Source: Callorhinchus milii (Eukaryota). From it: 64,000 bases of DNA. Positions 10,930-23,010 of the stretch are shown here, piece after piece. The DNA lies in contig NW_024704742.1 of the NCBI RefSeq assembly GCF_018977255.1, positions 61,072,001-61,136,000 of the forward strand. The letters run 5' to 3'. Made by a program: the position numbers and the translations under genes. The number at the start of each line of letters is the position of its first letter. The first letter of the stretch is position 1. The notes beneath the pieces are model-generated. The model saw only the letters and a list, made by a program, of their open reading frames with translations, ran no database searches and was not told the DNA's origin.

Positions 10930-11500
10930 CAACAACAACAATTTACATTTATTTTGCGCCTTTCATGTCAGTGGGGTGTCTGAAAGTTCTTCACACATCT
11001 GATTGGGAGCCTGAGCAGGGGGTTGGGTGAGGAGGGGTACAAAGGTGACCAAAGGCATGGTTGAAAAGGTGGGTCTTGGACAGTTTTAGGCTTGGGGAGG
11101 CAATTACAATACATCTTGTGAAGCACGTTGAGACATCCTCCAAATGCGAAAGACGCAAAGATTATTTTATTATCGTCTGGAGAAAACCCGGTTTACATTG
11201 CAAACACTTTGGAGGGATTCCTGAATGGAGTTACAGGGAGGGGACGGCAAAATGTTTGAAAGTGCAGATCAGACATGAGATATGAAACGGGCTGCGCAGA
11301 AGGACTGGCTGAGGTGCTAGGTTTGCTCAAGTCACGAAGACGGGGCGAGGCAATGGAGGGATTTGAACACAATGTCAAGGTTTTTTAATTTGATGGACTG
11401 AGGCATGGAGAGCTAGTGGAGACGAGTGATGATGCAGGTGATAAGCTCGCAGAGCCTAGTGCAGGAGTGGACATGAGCTGCATGGTACTGGAAGATCTGC
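10930..11500 (-). mobile_element. Degraded L2 fragments with an intervening SINE tail
   Basis: (AAC)n then an L2 tail at 10930-11080; purine-rich L2 ORF2-like sequence to ~11500. Confidence 0.55.
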
Positions 11501-11900
11501 AGCATGGTGTTAGTGTAGACACCCAGTACATGCACATTTTTTAACAAGGGTCAATGATTCCCTGTAAGGAATAGGAACCACTTCCTAGCTCAAGGCAGTC
11601 CCACTTAAGATCAACTAATTCAACAGCAGGAGGTCAAACTTGAAACTTTCCCAGTGAGTCATGTTCACTTTCTTAATGAGCTTTACCAACTGAGGAGCTA
11701 CCTTGGTTTGCATAAGTTAAATGTACACCAAGAGTTGAATGTAAACCAAACCTCAAATTTCATTGCAACACATATTGTAGTATTTAAACAAAATTCAGTG
11801 CAAGAATACATTGAACTGCAGATGTCTTCTCTCTATTCGGCCATTTATGAATATGTGGTTTTCTTTTTAGTTTTACAATTGTGTTTAAAAGCATTCTTGC

Positions 11901-12121
11901 CGCCTAATAATAATCCCTCTAAAACAACAAAAACAGTAATAAATTGGTCATTTTCAATCCACGACTGTTTGTGGGACACTGCTGTGCGCAATTGGCTGCT
12001 TTGTTTCGCTCACAAATATACGATCAATTCACTTTACAGTCTATTCTGTGTAGTGCTTTGAGAAGTCTAGATGATGTGAAAAGTGCTATATCAAATGCAA
12101 GGATTATTATTTATTATTATT
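11901..12121 (+). mobile_element. tRNA-derived SINE, short subfamily, 5'-truncated
   Basis: cgcctaataataatccctc...gtgggacactgctgtgcgcaattggctgc...tcaaatgcaaggattattat. Confidence 0.88.
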
Positions 12122-12195
12122 ACCAGTATCACAGCTGCATGGCCAATGGCCAAAGTATCTGCAATGTAAATGGGTCATCAACAGGATCTCAAAAT

Positions 12196-12466
12196 GGCAG
12201 ATCAGTCACTGGGGGCTAGAGAGTCATCCCACTCAGATCCTGTTAACCCTGTCTGAGCGGGTAGGGTGATCCTACCCGGACAAGCAGCGGGAAAGCTTGC
12301 CAGACAGTAATATCAATGGCAAGCTGTGCAGTTTTAGCTGGTTAGGCTCCAGCAGTTCTCCAACACACACTTTGAGGTCCCCAAGCCTTGACTCTTACCA
12401 ACCTGTGCCTAATAGTTTCCGGAATTAGGTAAGCAGGATGTGTCCCTCCAGGGAGAGAGTATGCAT
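12196..12466 (+). repeat. Unidentified dispersed repeat (family U), partial copy
   Basis: Colinear with 44662-44940 (gagtcatcccactcag...tgttaaccct...tcaatggcaa...ccccaagccttg...ggtaagcaggatg). Confidence 0.85.
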
Positions 12467-12498
12467 TTCATTCCGTGATGTAAGTGTCTATACTTGAG

Positions 12499-12627
12499 GA
12501 TTATCTAGTCAGTTTCCATAGCTCAGGTCCTCAGAGGTCATACATCTAACAGAGGATCATTGTCAAGGATCTTCTGTTGGAGGCATGAGCTCTGAGGACC
12601 TGAGCTATGGAATCTGATTGGATGATC
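12499..12627. repeat. 129-bp imperfect palindrome (60-bp arms, 9-nt loop)
   Basis: Arms 12499-12558 and 12568-12627 pair at 51/60 positions by hand alignment, including a 23-bp perfect run. Confidence 0.95.
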
Positions 12628-15485
12628 TAAGATGCTTCAGACTTGAACCATATACCATTCAGAAGATGGTATATAATAATCCTTGCAATTGAGAGGGCAT
12701 TATCGCATTGTAGAAACCTCTCAAACTAAACCGTTTAATAGAATTTACTAAAACGTGCATCGACTGTATTTGCAGGTGAAAATAAGATGTTGAATGGATT
12801 TGAGAATGTTAAACCCAGCACAATGCTCACGACTATGCCAAGGTGGCAGAACAATAGAGTGCCGTGCATCAAGACATTCATTTGTACATTTCGATCAACA
12901 GCTGGAATATGTTACGAGAAGTTTTTAGAGGCCAGCACAGTGGATGCATTGATACTGCAATGGGAGGATGGGAGAGTCGGTATTCTGCAAGCTTGAGATC
13001 AAATGGGCTGAAAGTCCTGCTTCAAATCAACTTCTCTTGTGATCTTTGCCTCTTCCATAAGTGAAGAGATGTGAGAAATGTTTTTCTTTTTTTAACTGAT
13101 CCAGAAACACAACTTCTTTGTAAGCTGACAGGAAACTTGTCGCACTCCCACGTTCCATCTGCTTTTCTGAATTTGCAGCAAATTTAATTGGGGGGGAAGG
13201 GAATTACAAAGCTCCATTACATTTGTCACATGTGGGTTAGAACATTTGTCTCCAGGGCAAATATAGACGTGAATTCGAGTCTGTGGCATGCTTTCTGAAT
13301 TCCAACGTAAAGCTATGAAAAAAATTTTTTTTTAAAGAAAGTAATATAGTCATCTGGAGTTGAAATCCTTATTTTTAGAGGTTCACAATTACTAATGTAT
13401 ATGATGTATCTGTTACTGATCCTAAGGCAAAATCAATGGTATTTTGGCAGATCTCAAGTAGCGGTGATAATTTCCACACCTTGTATACAGTCGTGATATT
13501 CTTTAATATGCATGGAAATCTGTCTCGTTTTAATGGTGATGTGAGTCCTGTTTATATTGGATGGATAACATTACAGTTTTGTACCAGTGTTATTTTATAG
13601 CAGAACAAAGTGAACACAATATGCAGGTGTGCACAAAATGATTTTCAATCCAAAATATGTTTTGTCACAAGTAAGTCTTAATTGACTTAATGACTTAATT
13701 TGACTTAATGATTTACTGATTGAGCTGAACTATGTTAAATGTTTTAAACTGGAAACCTTATGTCCCTTCCCCAATTTTCTTTAGGGGTTTTACTTTTGAT
13801 TGCGGTATACAAAGTTTTTATGTCGGATAAGGCATGCTATGTATAGGTTTAAATAGTACTGTGTGTGTATGCGATGGGATTTGGAGATTTCTGCATTTAT
13901 CAATTTGCAGAGTCGTTCATCAAAATGTTTTGGAAGAAGTCTTCCCCATGCAATGTCACTTAGTTAGTAGCACGGAGCAATTCGAACATGGCTTATGCAA
14001 TTCTACCAAGTGATTAGTTGGTTTAAATGTAGCAAACTTGGCTATCAAAAGATTCTGTTAAGCCAAAGCACTAATGATTAGGGTAGTAATGTTATTTCCT
14101 AAAAGAAAACAAACTAATCTGTGTTTGAAAAAATGAACACTTCCGGCTTCAACCGTCTCCCAAGGGAGCCTGTTCCACAGGTTCACTATTCGCTCACTGA
14201 AATAGTATTTGCGTAGATTCGTTCTGAATTTACCCGCCTTCAATCGCAGGCTGTGTCCTCTAGTTTTACTATTCTGGACAAGTTGAAACAGCCTGTTATG
14301 ATCAATATTGTTTAGCCCCTTTAGAATCTTAAAGACAGCGATCATGTCGCCTCTCAATTTTCTCTTTTCCAGGGTGTCCAATTTACTTAGTTGCTCCTCA
14401 TAGTCCAGTCCTTCCATTCACTCATTCATTTTGGTTGCCCTCCTCTGTTCCTTCTCGATTTCTCCAATATCCATTTTGTACTGCGACGACCAGAACTGTA
14501 CACAGTACTCTTAAGTATGGTCTCACCAATGATTTATACAGTGGCAGGATTACCCCACTATTTCGGCTTGCTATTGATCTTTTGATCCATCCCAACATCT
14601 GGTTTGCTTTACTCAGTGCCACAGAGCATTGTTGGGAGAGCTTCAATTTATTGTCAATCAGGACCCCCAGGTCCTTTTCATTTTCCAAACATATTATTTT
14701 CCTTCCATTCAAATAATAGTCCCTTCAAGGATTTTTTTGTCCCCATGTGAAGTACTTTACATTTCTCCACATTGAATTTCATCTCCCACCGATCTCCCCA
14801 ATTCCCAAGTATGTTCAAATCCTCCTGTAACCTATCTTGTTCAGCTTTGCAATCTACCATCTTCATTAGCTTGGTGTCATCTGCAAATTTCACCACTGTG
14901 CTTGTGACTCATAGTTCAAAATTATTTATAAAAATATTAAACAAATGAGGTCCCAAAACAGACCATTGTGGAAATCCACTGGTAACATTTTCCCAGTCTG
15001 ATGACATTCCCTGTACCACCACCATCTGGGTTCTTCCAGTCAACCCTTTGCGTATCCATTGCAATATACCTCCACTGATTTCCGCTTTCTTTATTTTCAG
15101 TACCAGCCTTTCAAGAGGAACTGTATCCAAGGTCTTACTGAAATCCAAATATACAACAACTACAGCGTTACCTTTATGAAGCTCCCTTGTCACACCATCA
15201 TAGAAAACCAGTAAATTAGATTGGCAAGACCTTCCCTTCATGAACCCATATTGGTTATTATTTATGATTTATTTCTGTCCAGATCCTTAATAAGAGTCTC
15301 CATAATTTTGCCCACAATGGACGTCAAACTTACTGGTCTGTAGCTTCCTGGATCACTTTTGTTACATTTCTTAAAAATAGGAGTAACATCTGCCTTTCTC
15401 CAGTCCCCCGACACCTCTCCAGTATTCAGTGATTTTTTTGAAAGAATTGTGCCAGCGTTTCTGCGACTTGCTCCCTTAGTTCCTT

Positions 15486-16018
15486 AACAATAATAACAAA
15501 ATTACATTTGTAAAGCGCCTTTCATGTCGGAAAGGCGCTGAACAGTCAGGAATCAGGACCTGAGTGTGGGGAGCAGGGTTGGGATAAGGGAGGGAGGGGC
15601 TTAAGGAAAGATTAGGTAGGAGGGCGGCCAAAGGCACGGTCAAAAAGGAGGGACTTGAGTCTTGCCTTGAAGGAGGCAGGGAGGGAGCAAGGCGAAGGGT
15701 TTGTGGGATGGAGTTCCAAAGAGTGGGTGCAGAGAGGCTGAAAGCCTGGCCGCCGATGGTAGGGCGGATCGGGCAGGAAAGCTGGAGCAGGCCAGAGCCT
15801 GCTGAATGGAGGGATCAGACAGGTTGATGGGGGTCAGCAGGTCAGAGATGTAGGAGGGAGCAAGGCCGTGGAGGGCCTTGGAAGTGAGGATGAGGATCTT
15901 GAATTCCATCCTCTGAGGGATGTGGAGCAGGATGGGGGTGATGCGGTTACGGAGCCTGGTCCGGGAGAGGATATGAGCTGCAGAGTTTTGAGTGAACTCC
16001 AAAACTCTGCAGCTTGTG
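15486..16018 (-). mobile_element. L2 LINE (family A) 3' portion nested in CR1
   Basis: QNSAAHILSRTRLRNRITPIL...EFKILILTSKALHGLAPSYISDLL. CR1 sequence resumes on both sides (tagttcctta | aggatcctcgg). Confidence 0.9.
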
Positions 16019-16897
16019 CAGGATCCTCGGATGCAATTCATCCAGCCCCTGAGATTTATTCACCAGCTATTTGGTAACCATGCTGGTAGTGATATGAATA
16101 GTGTCTCAACTTTTCTCTGTGATATCCTTGAACTCTCTTTTCAGATCAGATAGGTTACCTGTCTCCTCCTTGGTAAAGACTGATGAAAAAAACTTATTTA
16201 GCATTATTGCAGCCTGTGCAGCATTATTTGTCATATTGTCTCCTGAACCCACCTTCAGTGGCCCTATTCCATTGCTTATTTTCTTCTACTCTTAATGTTA
16301 CTAAAACACCTTGCGTTATTAACCCTCAAATCTCTTGTCATGTTCAATTCAAAGCTTTTCTTTGCCATTCTGATGCCTTTTTTGCAGTCCTGGCATGCTT
16401 TCTGGTATTGAGTCTGACTTATTTCTGTGCCATATTCCTTCATGGCCTTAAATACTTCTTTTTCCTCTTTATGGTTGCTTTGTAGCCCCATCCAACCAGG
16501 CAAGAGTGCCTTTAAGCTTGGTATCTTTGCTTCACACTGGTACACATTGTTCCATTGCCTTCATAATCACCTCCTGAAAGGAACTCCAAAGGTCCTCCAC
16601 TCCCATTGCCATATTTAAGCCTGCCGGCCCACTCCAACTAGACTACTCAAGTGCACAAAGTCAGTCCTCTTGAAATTTGGCAGTTTTGTTTGGGCTTTTA
16701 GGAGCTCACCAACTCTTGTGATGTCAAATGTGACTGCATTGTGATCGTTGTTGCTTAATTCTTCTACCACTTTTTATGTTGCAGATTCGTTCGTCCCTGT
16801 TGCTCATTATCAAATCCAAGGTGTTATCTCTCCATGTTGGCTCTTTTACAAACCAAGTCATAAAACAGTCTTCCTTTAACTCTAGAAACCCCTTCCC

Positions 16898-17728
16898 TAC
16901 CTTTCTTTCTCCCTCACATCCGCACCACAACTGGCACCGCCTTCCATCACCTCCGGAACATCGCCAGACTACGGCATTACCTCACCCCTCACGCTGCTGA
17001 AACCCTGGTTCACGCCTTTGTCACCTCAAGGCTGGACTATGGGAACTCTCTCCTCGCCGGCCTTCCCGGCACCTCCCTCCACAAGCTGCAGGTCATTCAG
17101 AACTCTGCAGCTCGTGTACTGTCCCGCACCAGGCTTCGCGACCACATCACTCCCACCCTCGCTCACCTCCACTGGCTCCCCATCCCCCAGAGGATTGATT
17201 TCAAGATCCTCATCCTCACCTACAAGGCCATTCACGGCCTCGCTCCCTCCTACCTCTCCAACCTACTATCCCCTACCTACCTGCCCGTACCCTCCGTTCC
17301 TCGGGCTCCGGTCTGCTCCACGTCCCCCGCCCCAACCGCCCTACCATCGGTGGTCAGGCCTTCAGCCTCTCAGCCCCCAGGCTCTGGAACTCCATCCCCC
17401 AGTGCCTTCGCCGCTTCCTCCCTCTCCTCCTTCAAGGCCGGTCTCAAAACCTTTCTATTTGACCGTGCCTTCAGCTCCCCTCTCGACTCTCTTCCCCCTC
17501 CTCGCTCCCTCCCTTCCCTCCCCTCACCCTGACCATTTCCCCCCTCCTTGCTCCCTCCCTTCCCTCCCCTCACCCTGACCATTTCCCCCCTCTTCGCTCC
17601 CTCCCTTCCCTCCCCTCACCCTGACCATTTCCCCCCTGCTCGGGTCATGACCCAACTGTGCAGCGCCTTGGGACGTCCTCCTGACGTGAAAGGCGCTTTA
17701 TAAATGGAATCGTGTTGTTGTTGTTGTT
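16898..17728 (+). mobile_element. L2 LINE (family A) 3' portion nested in the CR1 endonuclease region
   Basis: Frame reads [43 protein letters not shown]...LQVIQNSAAR...LHWLPIPQRIDFKIL; 3' stem-loop and (TTG)n; 46-bp x3 tandem at 17492-17637. Confidence 0.95.
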
Positions 17729-17959
17729 ATCAGTGGACACATTATTATCCCAATCACTTTTGAATAAGTTAAAATCTCCAACTACTATGGTTGGTGCCTT
17801 ACTAGCAACCTTCGTTATCTCATCCCTTTCTCATTAACTTTCTAAACATTTTTTGTTTCTTTTTCACCAACTTTTGGAGCTAGACTTGTTGCACTGGAAC
17901 ACCTTAAGGTTTTTCCTAATCGGTTCGAGTGCTCTCTTACAGCTTCCGCAACCACCCCT

Positions 17960-18800
17960 GTTCCGAGTTTAAACACTCCCTACCTAAACTATCTATCCTG
18001 CCTGCCAACACCTCCAACCCCTTTTGTTTAGGTGGAGCCCATCTGGTCTGTCTAGATGCCCCCTATTCCAAAAGGTGCCCCATTGTTTGAGGAAATGAAG
18101 CCCGACTCCCTACACCAATGTCTTAGCCACCCATTGGTCTGCCTAATTACCCTCTGTTTTTCCCTCACTAGCACATGGTACGAGTAGTATTTTGGAAAAT
18201 ACTACACTTGAAGTCTTTCCCTTAGGTTCCTTCCTAATGCTCTAAATTTAGCATGAAGGACCTCTGATCTATGTCTATCTATCTTATTTCTTCCCACACG
18301 AACTACAATTGGTTCCTCACCTGCTCCTTGTAGCATTTGGTCAACCCGGGGCGTCAGATCCGTGCACCCGCTAGGCAACTTACCATTCTATATTTTGGGT
18401 CTGGTTTGCACAGAATACGATCTGTGAACCGAATAATCGAATCCCCTAATATCACAACTTGGCTGCTACTTTTTCTCTTCTTCCCTCCTTCCCTGGCAGG
18501 CTGCTAGATTGCTGCGGTGCACGGCTCTCCCTTTCCTGTCTCAGCCCCTTTCGTAACAGAGACCCAATCCCCTCCTCTAGGTACCGGGGTCTCCTTTCCT
18601 ACTCTGCTCCCCAGCAAGGTCTCCTCTAATACATCACTTATGAACACTTCTCCCCCCTACCTAATACCTTGATACGTGGCCAGTCGCTCACTAAGGCTGT
18701 ATAGCCTTGAGTGAATCTGCAAGCTTGCAGTTAATGCAGATGAATCCATTCAAAACCTGGGCCTGGAAGGCAAAAATCTCTCAACTTCTGCATTGACATT
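17960..18800 (-). pseudogene. CR1 ORF1 relic: Cys zinc finger, coiled coil, SGNH/GDSL esterase domain
   Basis: Hand translation with frameshifts: CQCRS*...FICINCKL, then QVVILGDSIIRFTDRILC, EPIVVRVGRN, WLRHWCRESGF and RPDGLHLN, matching the GDS, GxN and DxxH blocks of CR1 ORF1 esterases. Confidence 0.85.
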
Positions 18801-18815
18801 GAGCAAAGGAGAGAG

Positions 18816-19184
18816 ATAATAATAATCCTTGCATTTCATATAGAAACTTATCATGACTTTGAGATGTCTCGAAGTGCTTCACAGAATATACTGTAAAGTG
18901 AATTGACTATATATTTTGTGGCAAAACACAGCAACCAATTGTGCACAGCAGTGTCGCACAAATAGTCATTGATTGTGTGACCAAATTATAATTTTTTTAA
19001 TATGATTATTACCCCTGTGAAAACAATCTGCCAATTGAAAAACAACCGGGTTCCTACTTCCTTCTCAGTGAACAGAGTGTGTGGAGTAAGGGAACTTGCC
19101 CAATGTTTCACCCTGCCCGGGAATCAAACCCAGGACCTTTTGCTTGCGAGGCGAGTGCTCTAACCACTCTTAGCTATAGGACTC
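18816..19184 (-). mobile_element. tRNA-Ala-derived SINE, long subfamily
   Basis: Reverse complement of the 2035-2399 type, including the internal extra segment. Confidence 0.88.
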
Positions 19185-20754
19185 TAGATATCAGTACTGT
19201 ATTGTCATTTTTGTAATGATTTATTCAAACTGTTTGTTATGATTCATTAGATTCAAAAATTGTGTTGATCTGAGGATAACTAAATAGAAAAAAGGAGCAA
19301 ACTACAGTCAAATTGCCAGCTATTCAATATTACACAGATTCTTTTGTAAACACAGTGAAAAACTAGGCAGGCTAAAATAGTGAAAAGCATCTGGCCAACA
19401 GAGGGCAATGTGAAGACCAAATGTCCCTGGCACCTGAGGCAGCTTGTTGATTGGTGTAGTATGGGTAGTTGCTACAGAGCTGTAGAATGGATTCACACTA
19501 TGTTGTGAGTAGAGCCACTTCATGGAGATTTTCAGGACAGGTGAGGTTGTTGTCAAGACACACATAAAGAGATCCAGTCAGAAGGAATCAACCCATGTAA
19601 CCTTTACATTTCTGATATTGGTTGGATTATGGTACTCTCATCTTCAATGCAAAGGGGGAAAGGCTGCCATAGGGCAATGTGCTGCAATGTCTAATATTTA
19701 AGCAGATTGGAAGTGTATTTGGAAATTTTGATCTAGACGTGTGCTGTCTAATATAAATGTATTTACACTCCAATACTAATAATCTTGTAGGAGTTTTTGA
19801 TTTTTATCAGGTAACCCTGTGTTGATTGTTTTTGGATTTTGCATAAAGGAACATTTTAAACATGAACATGTCACAATTTGTGCTTGTTAAGGGGGGAAAT
19901 GACGTATTAAATTCATCACTGGAATATTTTCTGTAATTATAAATAAACTAGCTGTTATTGCTAAATGCTGCAGCATAATGTAGAAACAATGGATTATTTT
20001 ATCTCTCTTTAAAAAAAGATGGAAGAAAAATGTACTAAATTGCTACAAATTATAATAAACATGTTCTGTAATTTGCTGTGGGGCATAAATTGTTGGTTAA
20101 TATTCAGCTATCAACCTACAGAGACTGAAGTGTTAGAATTCTGCTTTGTTTCTTTTGACTTGCTCTGTCGTGATGCATATCTCACGATTTAACCTTTGGA
20201 AAAAAAACTGACAAATGAAGATTCAGCACATCTCTTTGAATGACTTAAGGGTGCTCTTTTAGTTGTATGCATGGGCTTAATTTTCAAAACTGACAAGCTC
20301 AAAAGGCTCCTCTGCCCCTGTTTTTAGAAAATATAAGGAGCCTTGTTGAATTTTTTGATTGATTATGTTCAGTGCATCATCCATGCTTACTTAATGTTTC
20401 AGTAAGCTGTGTGAATACTGAACTTGCATTGAAGTATTTTATCATATGCATTTGCTCAAGATTCATCAGCAATTTGGGTAGTTTTGTTAAAATCCAGGGA
20501 ACAAGAAGATAATACAAACGTGCAATTTTAAGAACAATGCTTCAGTTGGAATTCCCAATGGCTTCATAGCCCCAAGCTACTAAATTTTAAAATGCAGAAG
20601 CCCTGTTAGCTAGCAGGCATGATTTTCCAGGTGTGGAGCATTATTTAGACTTTCTGGTCTCTGCTCTGCTTTTATGCAAGGTATCTCAAATGAGTTACGA
20701 TTTTCCCCTTTACTTCAGATGTTAGCCCTTGGTCTCCAAGCTGCTGGATGTAAT

Positions 20755-21100
20755 GTAATAATAGTGATTGCATTTGAAATAGCGCCAAGAATGTCTCAAA
20801 GCACTTCACACATTTTTTTCAATATGTAGAGAATGTATTTGTAGGCGAAAGTAGCTGCCAATTTTGCGCACAGCAGCGTTTCACACCCAACCATGAGGTG
20901 AATGAACAATTTTATCTGGATATTTGTTGGCTAGGACACCAAGGGAAAATCCTTTGTCTTTTTGAATTGTGGTATGTGTTGTTTAATGTCCACTTGAACT
21001 GGAAGACCAAACCTCAGTTTAATGTCTCATCCAAAGGATGGAATCTCTGACAATGCAGCTCAGCATTAGATTTTCAGCCTTGTCTATGGTACAAAGTTAG
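20755..21100 (-). mobile_element. DeuSINE (SacSINE1-like), degraded
   Basis: gcagctgccaattttgcgcacagca-like core and cctcagtttaatgtctcatccaaagga Deu motif. Confidence 0.7.
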
Positions 21101-21682
21101 GGAAGCTGTAGAATCACAATCTTACAAAGAAAATGCAACAAATAATGCACTTGGAAGCTAGAAAACTTGAAGTGACGTCTCAAAGTGAACCTTCTTGAGG
21201 TATTATAAGTTGCTGAAAGGGATAAAGAATTTAAATGCATAACAACAACTTGAACTTATACAGCGCCCTCCACATTGGTAGTGTCTCTGACTCCGGGACA
21301 AAGGAAAGGTGACTGTAGGCAAAGTATTTCTGATATGCCAGATCAGGTAAGAGATGGGCAAGCACAGATTCAGTTTGTGAAAAGTAATTTTAGACACACT
21401 AGATAGATCTTTATATAGAGAACAACTGTAATGGTTGACAATAATGGGTGGTTGAGGTTAGAAAGCTGAACTATTAATTAACTCTTATTAAATAATAACT
21501 CGTACCACATCAATTTTCATTGATAACTATCAACAGTAACCACATGACTCAATTTTCACCCCCAATGTTTCTCAGCATGGGTTGTTTATCCCAGATCCAC
21601 GGATGTCCTGTCCACTTGTTTGTCCCACAACGTGGCTCGATGATGAGCCATGATTTGCCATAATAGGAAAATGATTTGCTTG

Positions 21683-22154
21683 ATAATAATAATCCTTGCA
21701 TTTGGTATAGTGACTTATCATGTCATTGAGACATCTCAAAGCACTTCACAGAATCTACTCTAAAGTGAATTGACTGTACATTTTGTGGGTGAAACGCGGC
21801 AGCCAATTGAGTGCAGTAATGTCCCACAAACAGTCATAATAATAATATAATAATCCTTGCATTTGATATAGCGCTTTTCACATCTTCTAGACGTCCCAAC
21901 GCGCTTCACAGAATATGCTGTAAAGTGAATTGACTGTATATTTGTGGGCGAACATGGCAGCCAATTGCGCATAGCAGTGTCCCACAGACAGTCGTGGATT
22001 GAAAATGACCGATTTATTATTGTTTTGTTTTTTTGGAGGGATTATTATTAGGCGTGTGGAGTAAGGAAACTTGCCCAAGGTTTCGCCCTGCCTGGAATTG
22101 AACTCAGGTCTCACTTACAAAGCGAGTGCTCTAACCACTGAGCTACAGGACTCC
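21683..22154 (-). mobile_element. Full-length short-subfamily SINE (21837-22154) plus an adjacent 5'-truncated copy (21683-21836)
   Basis: Head ends agctacaggactcc at 22154; two consecutive tails. Confidence 0.9.
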
Positions 22155-22360
22155 ATTGAGTGGCCAAATTATATTCTGAAAGTATGAGAATTTGTGAAAG
22201 TACAGTTCTTTGCATGTTGGTGAGGACATGATCAAGATCACGTATGTTGCTCTTAACAGTTCTGCTGGCATTTTCTGGCTTGGTTGACATGTGTAAGCTA
22301 TCCAATTGAGTATGAAATTGGAGGGTTGTTAAGACCTGTGGAATCTTCATTCCTCATCAA

Positions 22361-22722
22361 GTGTCAGCCTGGCTCAGCTGGTAACAATCTTGCCTCGAAT
22401 CCAAAGTCATGGGTTCAAGCCCTATGTTGGGACTTTGAACTTATTGTCTAGGCTGATACCCCAATACAGTGCTTGGTAAACACTACATTGTTGTAGGCTC
22501 TGCCCTCCCGATCAGATGCTAGAGTTTCTCCTGGTGCGCTGGCCAGTAATCCCACAGATAAAATTTGTCATCCGCTTCTTGGTTGTTTGTAGCACATCGC
22601 TTATGTGCAAATTAGTTGCTGCATTTGCCTACAAAATATAGTCACTCAACAGTAAATCCTGTAAAGAGCTTTGAGGCATTCTCCCTAAGTGAAAGATGCC
22701 ACATCAAATGCAAGAATTATTA
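22361..22722 (+). mobile_element. DeuSINE (SacSINE1-like)
   Basis: gtgtcagcctggctcagctggta...gggttcaagccc tRNA-like head, ctaggctga, L2-like tail. Confidence 0.75.
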
Positions 22723-22884
22723 TTATACTTTCCTCTTGAAGACTTTCAGGACACGCTTTCAAGACACAAATTTCATGTTGAGATGTGTTGCCCACTGGGA
22801 AGCTCGTAGGGAGTTCCTGATACCTGCCATCCACCAAGTGAGAGCTTAAACTTGCACCTGTCAGATGTCAAATCACAAACTAGT

Positions 22885-23010
22885 GATAATCCTCTTAGAG
22901 GATGGGGAAGATAAATGGGGTCTCCTTGGAGCTGAACTGGCTCCAAGGATTGTCAGAATCGAGACAACCCTCTGTAGCGGTCTTGGTAGTCCAGTTCCTG
23001 ATCCCGGACT
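22885..23010 (+). repeat. Family U repeat, 5' fragment
   Basis: ctccttggagctgaactggctcc...gtcttggtagtccagttcctga matches 44450-44590. Confidence 0.75.

Larger units (their letters stand above)
14060..18800 (-). mobile_element. Near full-length decayed CR1 LINE (ORF1 + APE/RT ORF2) interrupted by two L2 insertions
   Basis: Minus-strand motifs in order: ORF1; APE GDFN (~17770-17782), EPTWRDNTLDLIMSN and NDHN; RT GRSCQSNLLVFY, VYLDFSK, SVLGPHLFNIFIN, KFADDTKL; C-terminal TRGHSLRL. Many stops and frameshifts. Confidence 0.93.
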
